Assembly (NCBI GenBank): GCA_965153285.1
Contig: OZ229116.1
DNA from: Podarcis tiliguerta
Lineage: Eukaryota
Reading direction: 5' to 3' (one strand)
DNA length: 64,000 nt
The translations under genes were made by a program, and so were the position numbers. The notes beneath the pieces were generated by a model that was not told the origin of the DNA, did no database searches, and was given only the letters and a program-made list of their open reading frames with translations. This document shows positions 51,335 through 64,000 of this stretch, in pieces (position 1 is the first letter of the stretch; each line of letters opens with the position of its first letter).

Positions 51335-51672
51335 AAAGGTAAAAGTAAAGGGACCCCTGACCATTAGGTCCAGTCATGACCAACTCTGGGGTTGCGGTGC
51401 TCATCTCGCTTTATTGGCTGAGGGAGCGTGCAGCTTCCAGGTCATGTGGCCAGCATGACTAAGCCGCTTCTGGTGAACCAGAGCAGCGCACGGAAATGCC
51501 GTTTACCTTCCCGCCGGAGCGGTACCTATTTATCTACTTGCACGTTGACGTGCTTTCAAACTGCTAGGTTGGTAGCAGGGACCGAGCAATGGGGGCTCAC
51601 CCCGTTGCGGGGATTCGAACCGCCGACCTTCTGATCGGCAAGTCCTAGGCTCTGTGGTTTAACCCACGTCCC
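51335..51672 (-). mobile_element. Sauria SINE, antisense, intron 13
   Basis: Reverse complement of the consensus, with two small deletions. TSD-like catttattt / catttagtt. Confidence 0.92.
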
Positions 51673-52975
51673 ATTTAGTTGTTATTTATTTATTAAAATC
51701 ATTGATATTCTTCCTTTTTGCCCAACAAAATTACCTAAGCCAGTTTACAAGGTAAAAATAAATGAACTTCAGTCAGCTAAACCCAATAAAATCTGAGTCG
51801 AAACAAAGCAGTATGTTGCATTATATGTCTAGAGGGCCAAAGTCTTGCTGGAAGGAAAGGTCTTCAAATGATGACAAAGAAACGCCAGAGAGTGGCCAAA
51901 TGTATCCTCCTGGAAAGGAAGTTCAAACCGAGTTGGCAAGGCTACAGAGAAGGAGACTCTTAATGTTCTCACCAGCTATATTTTGGACAGTCAAGGGACA
52001 CAAAGGGAATGAACAGGCAATGAACAGATTTTAAATGTTTAAAACAGGCATAGGGAACCCAGGGCCAAATGAGGCCTAACAGTGGCTCCTAGTTTGACCC
52101 TGAGGCCAAGCCATTCCCACCTGCCCCACACCTGAAGTCATATATGATGTCAGGGGTGGGGCAAGTAAGGGCACAACTGCAAGGGAATAAACAGGAGTCT
52201 GAAGATGGCCTCCCAGTTGGCAAGTGGGACTTTTATTCAGTATCTTTTAAATATGGTGCCAATCAGAGTCTCACTGAGGTCGGTTGCACTTTAAAAAATT
52301 ATTTTACCACCACTGGTACATATTCATAAAACTGTCAATGTTTGCATATTATTTTCACTAGATTACAAGGTGAAGCATTAATCATTAGCAACTCGAGATA
52401 AATTAAAAACACAAACAAAACGATTCAAAGATATGGGCAATTAATCTGCTGAAGCCAGTGGCTGTAATACTCCCCTGAAGAATTCCTAGTGAGAATTATC
52501 ACCTGTGTTACCAATAGGAGGGCCGTCTTTCCATGTGTGTGTTTTTAGTGAATTTAGTTCACTTTTGTTCTGGAATTATTTTTTATTTTTTTAGTAAGAG
52601 TTCCTGGCCATTTCCTTCTCTTATCATTTAAGGCAGGAAAAAACAGAATGACAGGAACTACATCTGTTGCTGCCCCATAGTCGCCAGCTGCTTCTGTTGA
52701 TTTTGACTCAGTTACAAAACTGGGTTGTGAATGATTTACTAATCTTCCCCAGTCACTTGAGGGAAAGGGCCTTCTCCTCCAGTGTCTCTGTGCTATTAGT
52801 TTCCAGTTTAATCCCCCTCTTTCATTGCAAAACATTGTGACGTGAACTTGGGACGTAAACCAAGAGGATTAGAGGGATGTGGAAGTCTGCAGCGTCACTT
52901 AAAGCATACTGATAATGCTGATAATCACATATCATTAGCCCAAATAGATATTTGCTGTGATATGCGGATTCTGCA

Positions 52976-53572
52976 CATAGCTGTCAACTTACAGATTTGA
53001 AAATAAGAGGCCAGCAGCCTTGAAAATAAGGGACCAGCAGCCAAAATAAGGGACCTGCAGCCTCACCTGTTCCAGGCGCTCCAGTCTTCCTGTCCTCCTG
53101 CAGTCTGATCAGACTCATGCGGGCTTCGAGAAGACTGTCCAACCAACTTTGTAACCAGAGGTTCAACTGAATAGAATCTGAATCACATGCACCACAAGGC
53201 CTATGCAGCCTCAACTTAAGATGGCTCCCCGGCCTGGCTTTGCACTGCAAAATTTGCAGCAGCACGTGCAACAAAATGGCGTCCAGCGTTCAAAACCCCC
53301 CTCAGCTTGCATTAACTAGCCACACACAAGGCATGCAAGCTCCACCCCCCCAGTCGTTCTTAGACTTCTTATTGGGTGAGCAACACAGCCAAGCAACACA
53401 GTTGGAACCTCCCTCCTCCCTGGCTGGCAGGGAGGGAGGGAGGGAGAGGAGCTGCTTCCTTTGAAATTTAAGGGACATCATTTGAGGGACAGCCATCAAT
53501 AAGGGACAGCAGCGGGACATGGCGCTGGAATAAGGGACTGTCCCTTCAAATAAGGGACACTTGACAACTATG
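52976..53572. mobile_element. Non-autonomous hAT element with aataagggac subterminal repeats
   Basis: TIR catagctgtcaa / ttgacaactatg. TSD attctgca / gttctgca. Confidence 0.85.
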
Positions 53573-55384
53573 GTTCTGCACACTCAGGACTGTGTAAAGT
53601 TTGACATCCAGCTCTACAGTTCTGTGATTCTGTGTAATGACAAGTGAGGAGAGAAAATGACGGGTACCCCCAAAAGTAATGTGCCCCCCACCACTTTAAG
53701 ACTACAGCAGCATCCCCTGCTACTGACCCTGATATAAATATGGTAGTACTGTGTTTGTGGAATTTGCTACCCAGTCACCCATTTGGCACTGACTTGTGTT
53801 GTACCTTTCCTTTCATTTAGTGGTTTTTAATTTTATCTCTGGCATATTGGATTTTATTGTTTGCTGTCATTTGTTTGCTGACTTGAAGGTTTTATGGCAT
53901 AAAGGGGGGGGGTAGTATATAAATCTCCTAAAAATAAATGAATACATAAATAACAAAAGACGCTATCTTTTGTGCAGACTCTTATCCATGCCACTTCTCG
54001 AAGTGAGAAAAACAATGTTTAAAATCCTTGCCATATGTGCACACCCCACCCCCACAAACAGACACAACAGTGTAGATCCACTCACAATGTATTCTGCAGG
54101 TAAGCATTGCACAGACTGGGAGTTGTGAAGGCAAGTAAGGAGATTTAAAATGCACATAGCATTGAGCTGTGGGGTTTACCCAGTTTTAACTACTTGGTGA
54201 TATCACTGTGAGTATGTGAAGTAGTGGGGAGCAAATATTTGCCTATTCATTTGATAGAAGTGAATAGGCAAATATTTTTGCATCTGTCTAAAAACAAAAG
54301 CTGTATTTTTCAATGCTAATGAAAGTCCACACAATTTTTTTAATAAAAAAACCGTTTCTTCACAGCTATATGTAGTGTTAAAACATCGGGGAATGTTATT
54401 TACCATTAACCAAACTCTCTTTTTATAGGTCCTACTGCTTTCTGCCAACAGAAAATGCATTTAAAATTCCAGAATTACCGTACTCTTTTCTTTAATCTTT
54501 CCTGCACTTATTACCTGCCTCCCAGCTGCTGTTTTATCCACCTCTTTCCAGTGTTTCTCTTTTCACCTTGCTTTGCTTTGACAGCACACATATTTGTGTA
54601 TCTGTTTGTGTTCCTGCAACTGTCTTCTGCACAAGATGTCTCTCTTGGAAAATAAGAGCATATGCTATTAGCATACCTTGGTTTCTTTCAACCCTTCCTT
54701 AGTATAAATAAATAAGCTCTGCCTGGATAGCTTGTCTGTAGGAGTTAGCAAGCTGGTCCCCAGATAATGATCTCAAGACTTAGGATGCACAACCTAAGCA
54801 GTTCTGAGCCTGGTCAGTGCCTGGTTGGAAGAACAACTGTTAATGCTATTCCTTGTCTTCAGTTCCACAGTAGATGATAGATGGGATATGAACAAATAAT
54901 AGCAGCGCTCGTTAAAAATGATCACTCTGCATCCTACAGCCAGGTGTACACAATTATGGGCAAAGGTACACAACTAGATGCAGGGCTTTGTAGCTCAACA
55001 CTATTATGAGGAAAGGCTGCAACATTTGGTGCGACTTAGGGGGGGAAATTGTGAGTAGGATGGCTGTAAAGGAGTCTTGACAAGTTCATGGATGATACAA
55101 ATATGAATAGCAATTAGCCATGATCAGCGGTGCTGCTAGGTTAATTTAGATCCCGGACTTAATGTTCTTATGGGAGACTTCATTTCGATGGTCATGTGTA
55201 TTACTTCCATTGTGAAGCACACAATTAACCTTTCCCCACATCTCCAATCCATGCTTTGCAACTGCTTCTCATTTCTTATTAAGAAGGAAGAAAGGATGTT
55301 GCGGTGACCAGAATTGGCCCCAGCGTGCCCATGCCAGGCTAGATGTTGACAGTGGGCTTGTTTGTTATTGACTACATTCTGTCT

Positions 55385-56061
55385 TCTTATTTTTTAACAT
55401 AATTTTTATTGATTTTTTCTGTATTTCATCCATATGCATATTCACAACTTATATTATTTGCTCAAAATGAGCTTTGACTTCCGTCTCTCTTTCTGACATC
55501 CCTATGACATTTAACATATCTATTTCATTCTCATGATCACTTCTTTATCATATATTAACCTTAAGAAATCACATTCTTATTTATAAATCAGCATCATAAT
55601 TCCTCATTACAAAACATATCACATTAATGCTACAAACGTTTTCATATAAATACAATTTTCTTTCAAATAATAAATAAATTTGCTCCAGTCCTTTTGGTAT
55701 TTTTCCTCGGGTCGATTCCCAATTCTCCCCGTCAGCTTCACCAACTCCACAAATTCTACCATCTTAGTTCTCCAATCTTCCAATGTAGGGAGTTCTTGCT
55801 GTTTCCACCTTTGAGCCAGGAGAATTCTCACTGCCGTTGTGGCATACATAAATAAATTTACATCTTTTTATGAATTTCTTCATTAATTATCCCTAATAAG
55901 AATGCCTCTGGTTTTTTGTCAAAATTATATTTTAGTATCTTTTTAAATTCATTGTAAATAATATCCAAAAAAACCTTAACTTTAGCACAGGTCCACCACA
56001 TGTGTAGGAAGTTCCCTTCCTTTGCCCTATATCCCTTCCTTTGCCCTACATTTCCAACATA
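55385..56061 (-). mobile_element. L1-clade LINE 3' end with CCHC knuckle
   Basis: CWKCRAKEG(N)FLHMWWTC (interrupted by a 19-bp duplication) ...PEAFLLGI...MYATTAVRILLAQRWK. Confidence 0.85.
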
Positions 56062-56318
56062 TCATATTTTTTGCTCTATATGACTCACTTTTTCCCTCCT
56101 AAAAAGTAAGGGGAAATGTGTGTGTGTCTTATGGAGCAAATGCAGGCTGCGCAGCTATCCCAGAAGCCAGAACAGCAAGAGGGATTGCTGCTTTCACTGC
56201 AGCGATCCCTCTTGCTGTTCTGGCTTCTGAGATTCAGAATATTCTTTTTCTTGTTTTCCTCCTCCTAAAACTAGGTGCGTCTTGTGGTCTGGTGCGTCTT
56301 ATAGAGCGAAAAATACGG
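56062..56318. mobile_element. Tc1/pogo-type MITE inserted at the L1 fragment
   Basis: TIRs tcatattttttgctctata / tatagagcgaaaaatacgg, flanked by TA. Confidence 0.82.
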
Positions 56319-58689
56319 TAGTTTATCCTGGCACCTGTACATTTTTGCAAGCTTGACTACATTCTCTGCTGATCTCTAGGTAGACTTTCAGGAATCTCTT
56401 TGGCTCTGAACCTTGGCCTCAAAGTCCAACTGCAGCTGTGCTATTGGCATCCTTTAATGGTCACTAAAATCATCCTTTAATGGTCACTAAGTTTTCCAAG
56501 GGTACATACAATTACTAGACCCTGCACATTAATCAAAATAAAGACACAGATCTTCTCAGGCTTACGAGGGAAGGGAAATGGAGAGAAAAAGTAGAGGAGT
56601 CTTAACATTGTGGAGAAATGAGGCACACAAGTCCAATTCAGGCCAGATCAGAGACTCTCTTACTGATATTTGCTGAGGAAGCGGTTACGCTTGTTCTCGT
56701 GAGTGTGCTACCCATATGTACAATATCACTTAAAACGTCTTCTTTTTTCACAACTTGCACGTTGTTGTTTTAAATGGTACAAGGGGACTTGGTGGAAACA
56801 TTGGAGAAGAAGATACTGTAATTAATAGTGAAAGGTTGATGTTCTAAGTTATTCCCCCTCTCAGTCCTTTGAAGTATTCCTGGTTTAGCTACACAGATTT
56901 TAAGGTCAGGAGGAGCCATTGAAATAATCTGTTCTGATGTGTTGCATAACATTCACAAATTTAATTTCCTTTAGTTATTACTGTATCAAGCCCATTTAAT
57001 CATACTCTCTAAAATATATCTTTTGAAAGGCCATTTATTCGGGGTGATCTGGGCTGCTTGGCAGACTGCATACATTCACACAACTTGAGAGATCTGAAGT
57101 ATACTGGGATCTATTAGGTGGTGGGGTGGGGGAGGAGGAATCTTTTGACAGTTCAGCTCCTTAAAATAAGTTTCCAATGGATTCAGTTTGACAATTTCCT
57201 CATGCTTCCTAAAGCATGCTTAGGATTTTGGCCTGAAAACTAAAATAGATGAGAGGAGGCCTCATGTGATAGCTCTGTTGATGAGTTGTACCGTTTCAGA
57301 CTGTAGTGGGGGCGGGGAACAAATGTTTGAATGCTCCCTATATAAAATACTTCCTTCTCATATAAAATTAGCCTGTCAGGGAGAAGGTTCTAGGTCATTG
57401 CACTCTGCTGCTTTGCAGTTGCAGAAGATAAATCATCAGAGATTTGTGTTTCTATATTTGCTAATTTAAATGTCCCAGTTACTTTTTCGCTGCTGATGCT
57501 GATACTTTCAAATATTCCATCTTATTTTCTGTAAACTATCCCATTTCTCCTTCAGTTAATTTTTGCCTTTCAATTTCAAATGTGAGCCTCTGCTCTTTTT
57601 CATCTGTGGAAGCCACCCATTTTCATAGCTGAACAGATATTGAAAGATATTTGTGAAACAAGCCCCTATTCATAATTGCTATAAAATGGTGACTTTTTGT
57701 GCTGCCTAGCCAATAACATACTAATCTGTCAGTGATTCTATACACCTTATGGCTATATATCCCCTCCCAATCAATGTAGCAAAATTGGAAGATGAGTCTC
57801 TTCGAAGCACGAAGCCAATGAATTAATGTGACCATATGATCAAAAGCATTGCCAGATTTCACTTGCAATAATGCATTTTTAGGGATCTAAAAGAGACATG
57901 AAATAATTACCCTGTGTAAGAGGCACGCATTGTTTTAGAAAATGGCCATTTATAATTTTAGATACTCCCAAGGATATTTTTATTAATGGCTACACGAGAC
58001 CTCATTTATGAATTATAGATAGCTGTTTTAGGAATAGTTCATTCTGCTTCTCAATTTGTATTGCTCATCCCCACCAGAGTCCCAATTAGCTGTTCTTCAG
58101 GGGGAGCAAACATTGCCGTCATCCACTTTCGCCCTTGGCTGTTTTGCTCCAATTTATGCCTCTCATACCAAGTTAATCAATGTACAGCTGGATGCAGCCA
58201 TCTGAACTTTGCAAGTCTCTTCCAGGACTTGATGAAGCTTTCTTATTCATCTAGCCCACGGGTTCACCTAGTCCAGCACTGTCTACTCTTAACTGGCAAC
58301 GGTTCACCAAAGTCCTAGGCAAAATATTTCTCAAGCCTGCTGAGATCCCTTTTTAATTGGAGGTGTCAAGGATTAAACATGGTGCTTTCTGCATGCAAAG
58401 GATACGTTTCATCATGTAGCTATGCTATGAGCCTCCTCATCAGTCTTACCTCGTTTGCCTGATAACGCCAGATAAGAGGTTGGACGTATTCAGCAATGTA
58501 CGGCTGCCTCCACCTGAGGGGTGACTGGCTGGTATGAAGGACAGGGCATTCCTGTAATACCACCCAGAATATAGAACAATTTGCTATAGGAAATTCAGCC
58601 AGCTCCCTCTTTAGGTGCTAAATGAAAACTTCTTGGTTTAGACATGCTCCAGCAAATCTGAGTAAATGTGTATACACACACACCTCACC

Positions 58690-59260
58690 AAACCTACAAC
58701 TCCATTGGCACAAAACAACTGGCTTGGAACTCTGCAACACCTACTTTAAATACCTGAGAGTTAATATACTTAAGAATCTATCTAAACTAGAAAAAAATGA
58801 ACTCCCTTGATGAAAGATTTAACAGCTAAGCTCAAACATTGGTCAAAGCTAACATTCTCACGGATGGGCAGAGCTTCTGTAACAAAAATGATTCCATTAT
58901 CACACCTTCTTTACTTATTCTGAGTCTTACCAATAGGCATACCCATCTCTCATGTTAATAATTGGCAAAAAAAAAAATTACTAAATTTTATTAATGCACA
59001 TAAGATGCCATGCCTACCTCATGAAACCCTTTATAGGGACAAGAACTAAGAAAACATAGTGATATCTAACCTAAAATGGAATAAAGACTTTGCTCACGTT
59101 AGCAATATCCTTTTGATTTTACAAGGCTCAGACCAGGTCCTATAGTTAAAAATGGAGGATGATAGAGGTCAAGACTTTATGCATTTACTCCCTTATCAGA
59201 AAATGGAGAGCAAGACACTATGAGACATAATTAACCCTTTTCTAAAATCAGATTCAGATC
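58690..59260 (+). mobile_element. Highly degenerate L1-clade RT fragment
   Basis: FKYLRVNI and WSKLTFSRMGRASVTKM-like remnants. Boundaries vague. Confidence 0.55.
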
Positions 59261-59959
59261 TAAAGAGTAAATCCTGCCCTGCCCACATAGGCTTCTCCTG
59301 TGGTAGGGAAGCCTGTGCCATTAGGATTCCATATTACAGGAGAAGCCTAAGATATGCAGATACAACAGGCTACCCTCTTCAGACCCTTCCTCTGAGTCTG
59401 AACATATAGGAGGAGGGGACTGATGGGAATTTGGTGATGAGGTGAGGAGTGGTGTCTCCTACTCAACAGAATTATTCTGAGCACACAAATAGGACTTGTC
59501 TCTGGCTCCTTGTCCTTTAGCTTATCTACTGTATATGATCTCTTCCCTGCCCCCTCCCAGTTACTCCTAAAGCTGTGTAATGAAGGTACCAGGTGAACCT
59601 CCCTGGGGAGAGCTTTCCACAAATCTCTCAGCTAAACTGACTACTTTCCCTTCATAGAAGTTGGACTGTAGATGTTCCAACAGCTTTGTTTCCTGAGTAG
59701 TTGGAATGATCATAAATAGCTTTCTATACCATCACAGCAGTTTAGCCAATTAGTATCAAAGGTTTTACCACTGCAACACATAGTTTACATTGCTATGTTC
59801 AGATACAGATGATTTTATAGTTTCCCAGCCTTGCTTTGGCAAATCCTTTCTTCATGTTTGAGTTCAATATATGTAGGTCAAAATTTAAATAAAAAATAAT
59901 GCACAATATATATAATTTAAATTCCAATTGCTACGCAATTCTATCAACTAACAGCTTAG

Positions 59960-59960
<1 letters not shown>

Positions 59961-59990
<30 letters not shown>
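59961..59990. repeat. (CA)n microsatellite
   Basis: Read directly from the sequence. Confidence 0.95.
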
Positions 59991-59992
<2 letters not shown>

Positions 59993-62900
59993 TTATCGAA
60001 GGAGTTCACATTATGAAAACATGTAATTGACCAAGGTAATGTCTAAGGGTCCTCAGCCTGAGGCAGAGCTTGTTACTCAGTTTGCTCTTTGAATGCAATT
60101 GCATCCTTCCGTTTCTTCTATCTATCTAAATTACATCATTTTATTTTATTTTAATCACGCCCATCTTTAGAAGCCAAACATGTCTGCGTGGTAGAACTCA
60201 TTTGCAAACCCAGCCATTCTGAAACTCAGGAGGCAGGCAGCCAGAAGTTGAAAGTGAGAGCTGTCCATTTCAGCATCTTCTGCCTGCTGGCTACTGGCAC
60301 TATTCCATGATGGGCGAAATTAAAGGTTTCATCCTGCCCCCTCGAAAAGCCCTTTCAAAACCCACTGTTGCTTAAATAGAAGCTGACTTGGGACCAGCTG
60401 AAAGAGATGTTTCGTGTTCCTATAAAAATAATTGCTGTCCCTTATTTTTTTATATATATAAAAAATCATTTTCCACATCAGTTTCTAGGGAAACAGATGA
60501 CATTGTGATAACTGGAAGGCAGCAGTAGAAGCTGACTCAGCTGGTGGCCAGTTTTGTTTCAGTTTCCATGGGAACAGATTTGAAATAGGCATAAATAAAC
60601 TCACAGAACACAGACAGTTCTATGAAGGGTGGACAGGCATCGTTTCCCAGTCACTTACCTGGGTTTCCTCCCCCTCGGCAGGCATTGCACTAATGAAATT
60701 GGCTTAATATCTTCTTTCTAGCATGGGATATGCTTTCCAAGAATGGCCAGCACCGGGTCATTTTAGAGGAAGGTATGTGTAAAATAGCTGCAGTCCTGTT
60801 CCATTAAAATCAACGGCAGCTTTGTTGTTCATGTTAACAGTTGGAGGATTGCACCCGCAGCAATTGTGAGTAAATCTGTCCTCTGAGAACAATATTGGCT
60901 GAGCCCTTGTACCTGGAAATTGGCTTGTGCGTAGACCAAGGTTCTGTTTTAAGGCATAGCTTGCAGCACTGATTTCCTCAGTGTACTTACAGGTTGTAAT
61001 TTAGCAAAGTCATGTAATCTTTTGCAAATCCTGAATTGTATTCAAAGCTTGTACATGCACACACTACAATATGCAAAACCTTGCTGGATATGAGTTAATG
61101 ATGATGCATAAAACTGTTCCTCCCTTCCTGTTGGAGATGGAGACAAGGAAGGCTGCCTGTCCTTGAACTCCATGTTCTGCTTTAATTTGTTTTTATTTTG
61201 AATAGTTTTAAAGTCAGTTGGCTCAGCTGTTACTGTTAACTGCAACATATAGGGATCTGTTTTACTTTTTTTTAAAAAAGTGGGTTTAAATGCCATATAT
61301 TTTAATTGGAGGACAGATGCTTGGGAGAGCACATGTTTTGACTCAGCTGATAAGTAAGCTCATCTCCACCAAAGGGAAGCACAGATCCGCAGAGCTTTAG
61401 ATAAGTCATCCAGAAATCTATGCTGGACTATTGTGAATCAGCAGTTGGAGCAAGGGGGGTGGAGGCAACAGCAAAGCATTTGCAGCAAGATGCAATTAAT
61501 GTATATTGTATGGACAATCCTGGTTCCTTACATGAAAAGGGTGTAAGAAATTGGTTTGGAGATGCCTTATCACAAGTAAGAGGTTTTGCTACATATTCCT
61601 CTAATGGAAGCTTAGCTAACTGGTCAATTGACCCATACTTGTTAGAAGCTGATACATAGGCTCCCAGGCAACCTCAGCTTCTTCCATACAACGAAAACTC
61701 AACAATACTAATAACAATCCTGGCATAATAGACTTGGCCACAACAGAGACTGAAACTCTCTCACTGTGGGAACTTCTATGTGGCCAGTGTCTCTTGACTG
61801 ACAAACAAACAAACAAACAAACAAACAAACCCAGAGGGAATCTTTAGCAGAATGGACACATTGGGGGATTTTGTTTCTGGTTTGAATGCCATAATTGGTA
61901 CACTGGTTGGGCTAGTGGAAAAAGGAATTCTGACTGTAGCCAGATGAAGCAGGAGGTGGTTTGGAGGTACATCAAGACAGGGATAGGTCTGAGCTCTATC
62001 AGATTCAGCAGCTATAGCATTAAATCCCTCCAGTCTTTTAAATATGCGAGTACTTTTAGGGCCTGCCTCTCTTTCTTCTGCTTCAGTTCCAAGCTCCCCC
62101 CCCCCCCATGATTTCCCTACTCCTCAGGTTCCCTACCAAATGAAGCCTTTACCCAATCCTCAGCCTGCCCCACAGAACCACTCCCATCCCTAGGACCTAG
62201 GTGAGGTTTGAATCCCTATCAAACTCACAACTTTCCTTTACATCACAGAAATTGGGGGGTTTGTCCATCTCCCCAGACCTACACTGAGCAGTTGAAATTG
62301 GGACCATGATATAGAGGGTGGGGGCATTTGTAGTTCGGCTCTGTTGAGATGACAGCATTGTATAGCGGCTCTGATCTATGGGGATTTTTGCTGCATTTCC
62401 TCTCACAGACGAGAACAGAAATATTCTGCCTGTGTACACCCTAGATAGTAAAGTGGTACCATATTTAATCAGATAGACCTCTGTAATTATTGTCTCACTT
62501 GAATTACCTCTGTAAATGAAATTATAGGCAATGTTTATATAAACAAAACTCAATTAGTTAATTGACCTTTGCTATGAAATGTTAATGTGCTTATTTTCAC
62601 AAATTTGATCTAAAATTGGCAGCTTGTTGCTTTAATTTGAGCTGAGTTGAACTGACAAATGTTCAGCTGGCAGTTTGGGGACTCTTGTGTCTTTAGTTGT
62701 CCCTTGCCTGCTTTTAATGGGCAAAGACACTGGCGGTGGTAGGGAGCCATTTGGCCAGATCAAAGACAGGACCAGGGCATTCAGGTATATCAACCCCTTG
62801 ACCTATATATTGTATGCCCTCTATATTTTGTCTCACATCAGACATTCAGGCAACTAAACAGGGAGCTAGTCTTCACATTCAAAATGTGGCATGGTCATAG

Positions 62901-63707
62901 AATCATAGAATCATAGAGTTGGAAGAGACCACAAGGGCCATCGAGTCCAACCCCTGACAAGCAGGAAACACCATCAGAGCACTCCTGACATATGGTTGTC
63001 AAGCCTCTGCTTAAAGACCTCCAAAGAAGGAGACTCCACCACACTCCTTGGCAGCAAATTCCACTGTCGAACGGCTCTTACTGTCAGGAAGTTCTTCCTA
63101 ATGTTTAGGTGGAATCTTCTTTCTTGTAGTTTGGATCCATTGCTCCATGTCCGTTTCTCTGGAGCAGCAGAAAACAACCTTTCTCCCTCCTCTATGTGAC
63201 ATCCTTTTATATATTTGAACATGGCTATCATATCACCCCTTAACCTCCTCTTCTCCAGGCTAAACATGCCCAGCTCCCTTAGCTGTTCCTCATAAGGCAT
63301 CGTTTCCAGGCCTTTGACCATTTTGGTTGCCCTCCTCTGGACACGTTCCAGTTTGTCAGTGTCCTTCTTGAACTGTGGTGCCCAGAACTGGACACAGTAC
63401 TCCAGGTGAGGTCTGACCAGAGCAGAATACAGTGGCACTATTACTTCCCTTGATCTAGATGCTATACTCCTATTGATGCAGCCCAGAATTGCATTGGCTT
63501 TTTTAGCTGCTGCTTCACACTGTTGGCTCATGTCAAGTTTGTGGTCAACCAAGACTCCTAGATCCTTTTCACATGTACTGTTCTCAAGCCAGGTGTCACC
63601 CATCTTGTATTTGTGCCTCTCATTTTTTTTGCCCAAGTGCAATACTTTACATTTCTCCCTGTTAAAATTCATCTTGTTTGTTTTGGCCCAGTTCTCTAAT
63701 CTGTCAA
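62901..63707 (-). mobile_element. Young CR1 LINE, 5'-truncated
   Basis: Uninterrupted 232-aa ORF2 C-terminus (EKDLGVLVD...[13 protein letters not shown]...LRGDMI). (ATTCTATG)n tail. 8-bp TSD ggtcatag (62893-62900, 63708-63715). Confidence 0.95.
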
Positions 63708-63897
63708 GGTCATAGCTCTGCTGGGGTTATATCACTTCAGAATGAAACGGGGGCTTAGGTCAGCATATCAGAGCACTTCATCTGTTCTTGGATTATCTAG
63801 ATTTCTGTGCAAAAGAAGGTTGTCTTTTGTTTTGTTTCAAAGAAGAAGAAGAAGTGTGCATTTAGATATGTGGTCCATCAATTGCAGCTTAGAATTA

Positions 63898-64000
63898 CAG
63901 TGGTACCTCAGGTTACATACGCTTCAGGTTACATACGCTTCAGGTTTTCAGGTTACATACGCTTCAGGTTACAGACTCCGCTAACCCAGAAATCGTGCTT
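63898..64000. mobile_element. Tigger-like MITE, opposite orientation to 37098-37339, cut by the window end
   Basis: ta|cagtggtacctcaggttacatacgcttcaggttaca... Confidence 0.88.

Noticed and set aside
56448-56490. 20-bp direct repeat catcctttaatggtcactaa
   Set aside because: It is an ordinary small local duplication with no associated structure.
42225-58445. Hammerhead ribozyme cores (CTGATGA or CTGAAGA ... GAAA near 42228, and on the minus strand near 47900 and 58437)
   Set aside because: Stem II or the GAAA core is missing or unpaired in each case.
48233-64000. Next GABBR2 exon (PDPAGRDISIRP...) or a nested gene
   Set aside because: No matching sequence or credible spliced exon was found by eye. 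The exon probably lies beyond the window.

Overview
Vertebrate genomic DNA, most likely from a lacertid lizard. The repeat content includes Sauria/POM-type SINEs, a Squam3-like SINE, BovB, CR1, L2, L1, hAT and Tigger-like MITEs. The whole window lies inside one + strand gene, GABBR2 (GABA-B receptor subunit 2). Six internal coding exons are present (61, 81, 151, 133, 108 and 123 nt, corresponding to exons 8-13 in human numbering). All have AG/GT boundaries and join in frame, encoding the end of the Venus-flytrap domain, the stalk and TM1-TM4. The rest is intron packed with transposable elements, many with readable target-site duplications (TSDs), including five solo LTRs. I found no evidence of a new gene system, CRISPR-like array or nested gene. 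The best leads are: a solo LTR whose U3 is one open reading frame, nested in a hAT element; a single sense-oriented ERV LTR in intron 8; inverted SINE pairs that could drive editing or back-splicing; a near-perfect pre-miRNA-sized hairpin; and a sequence module shared by otherwise different hAT MITEs. Repeat family names are from recognition by eye, not a database search.
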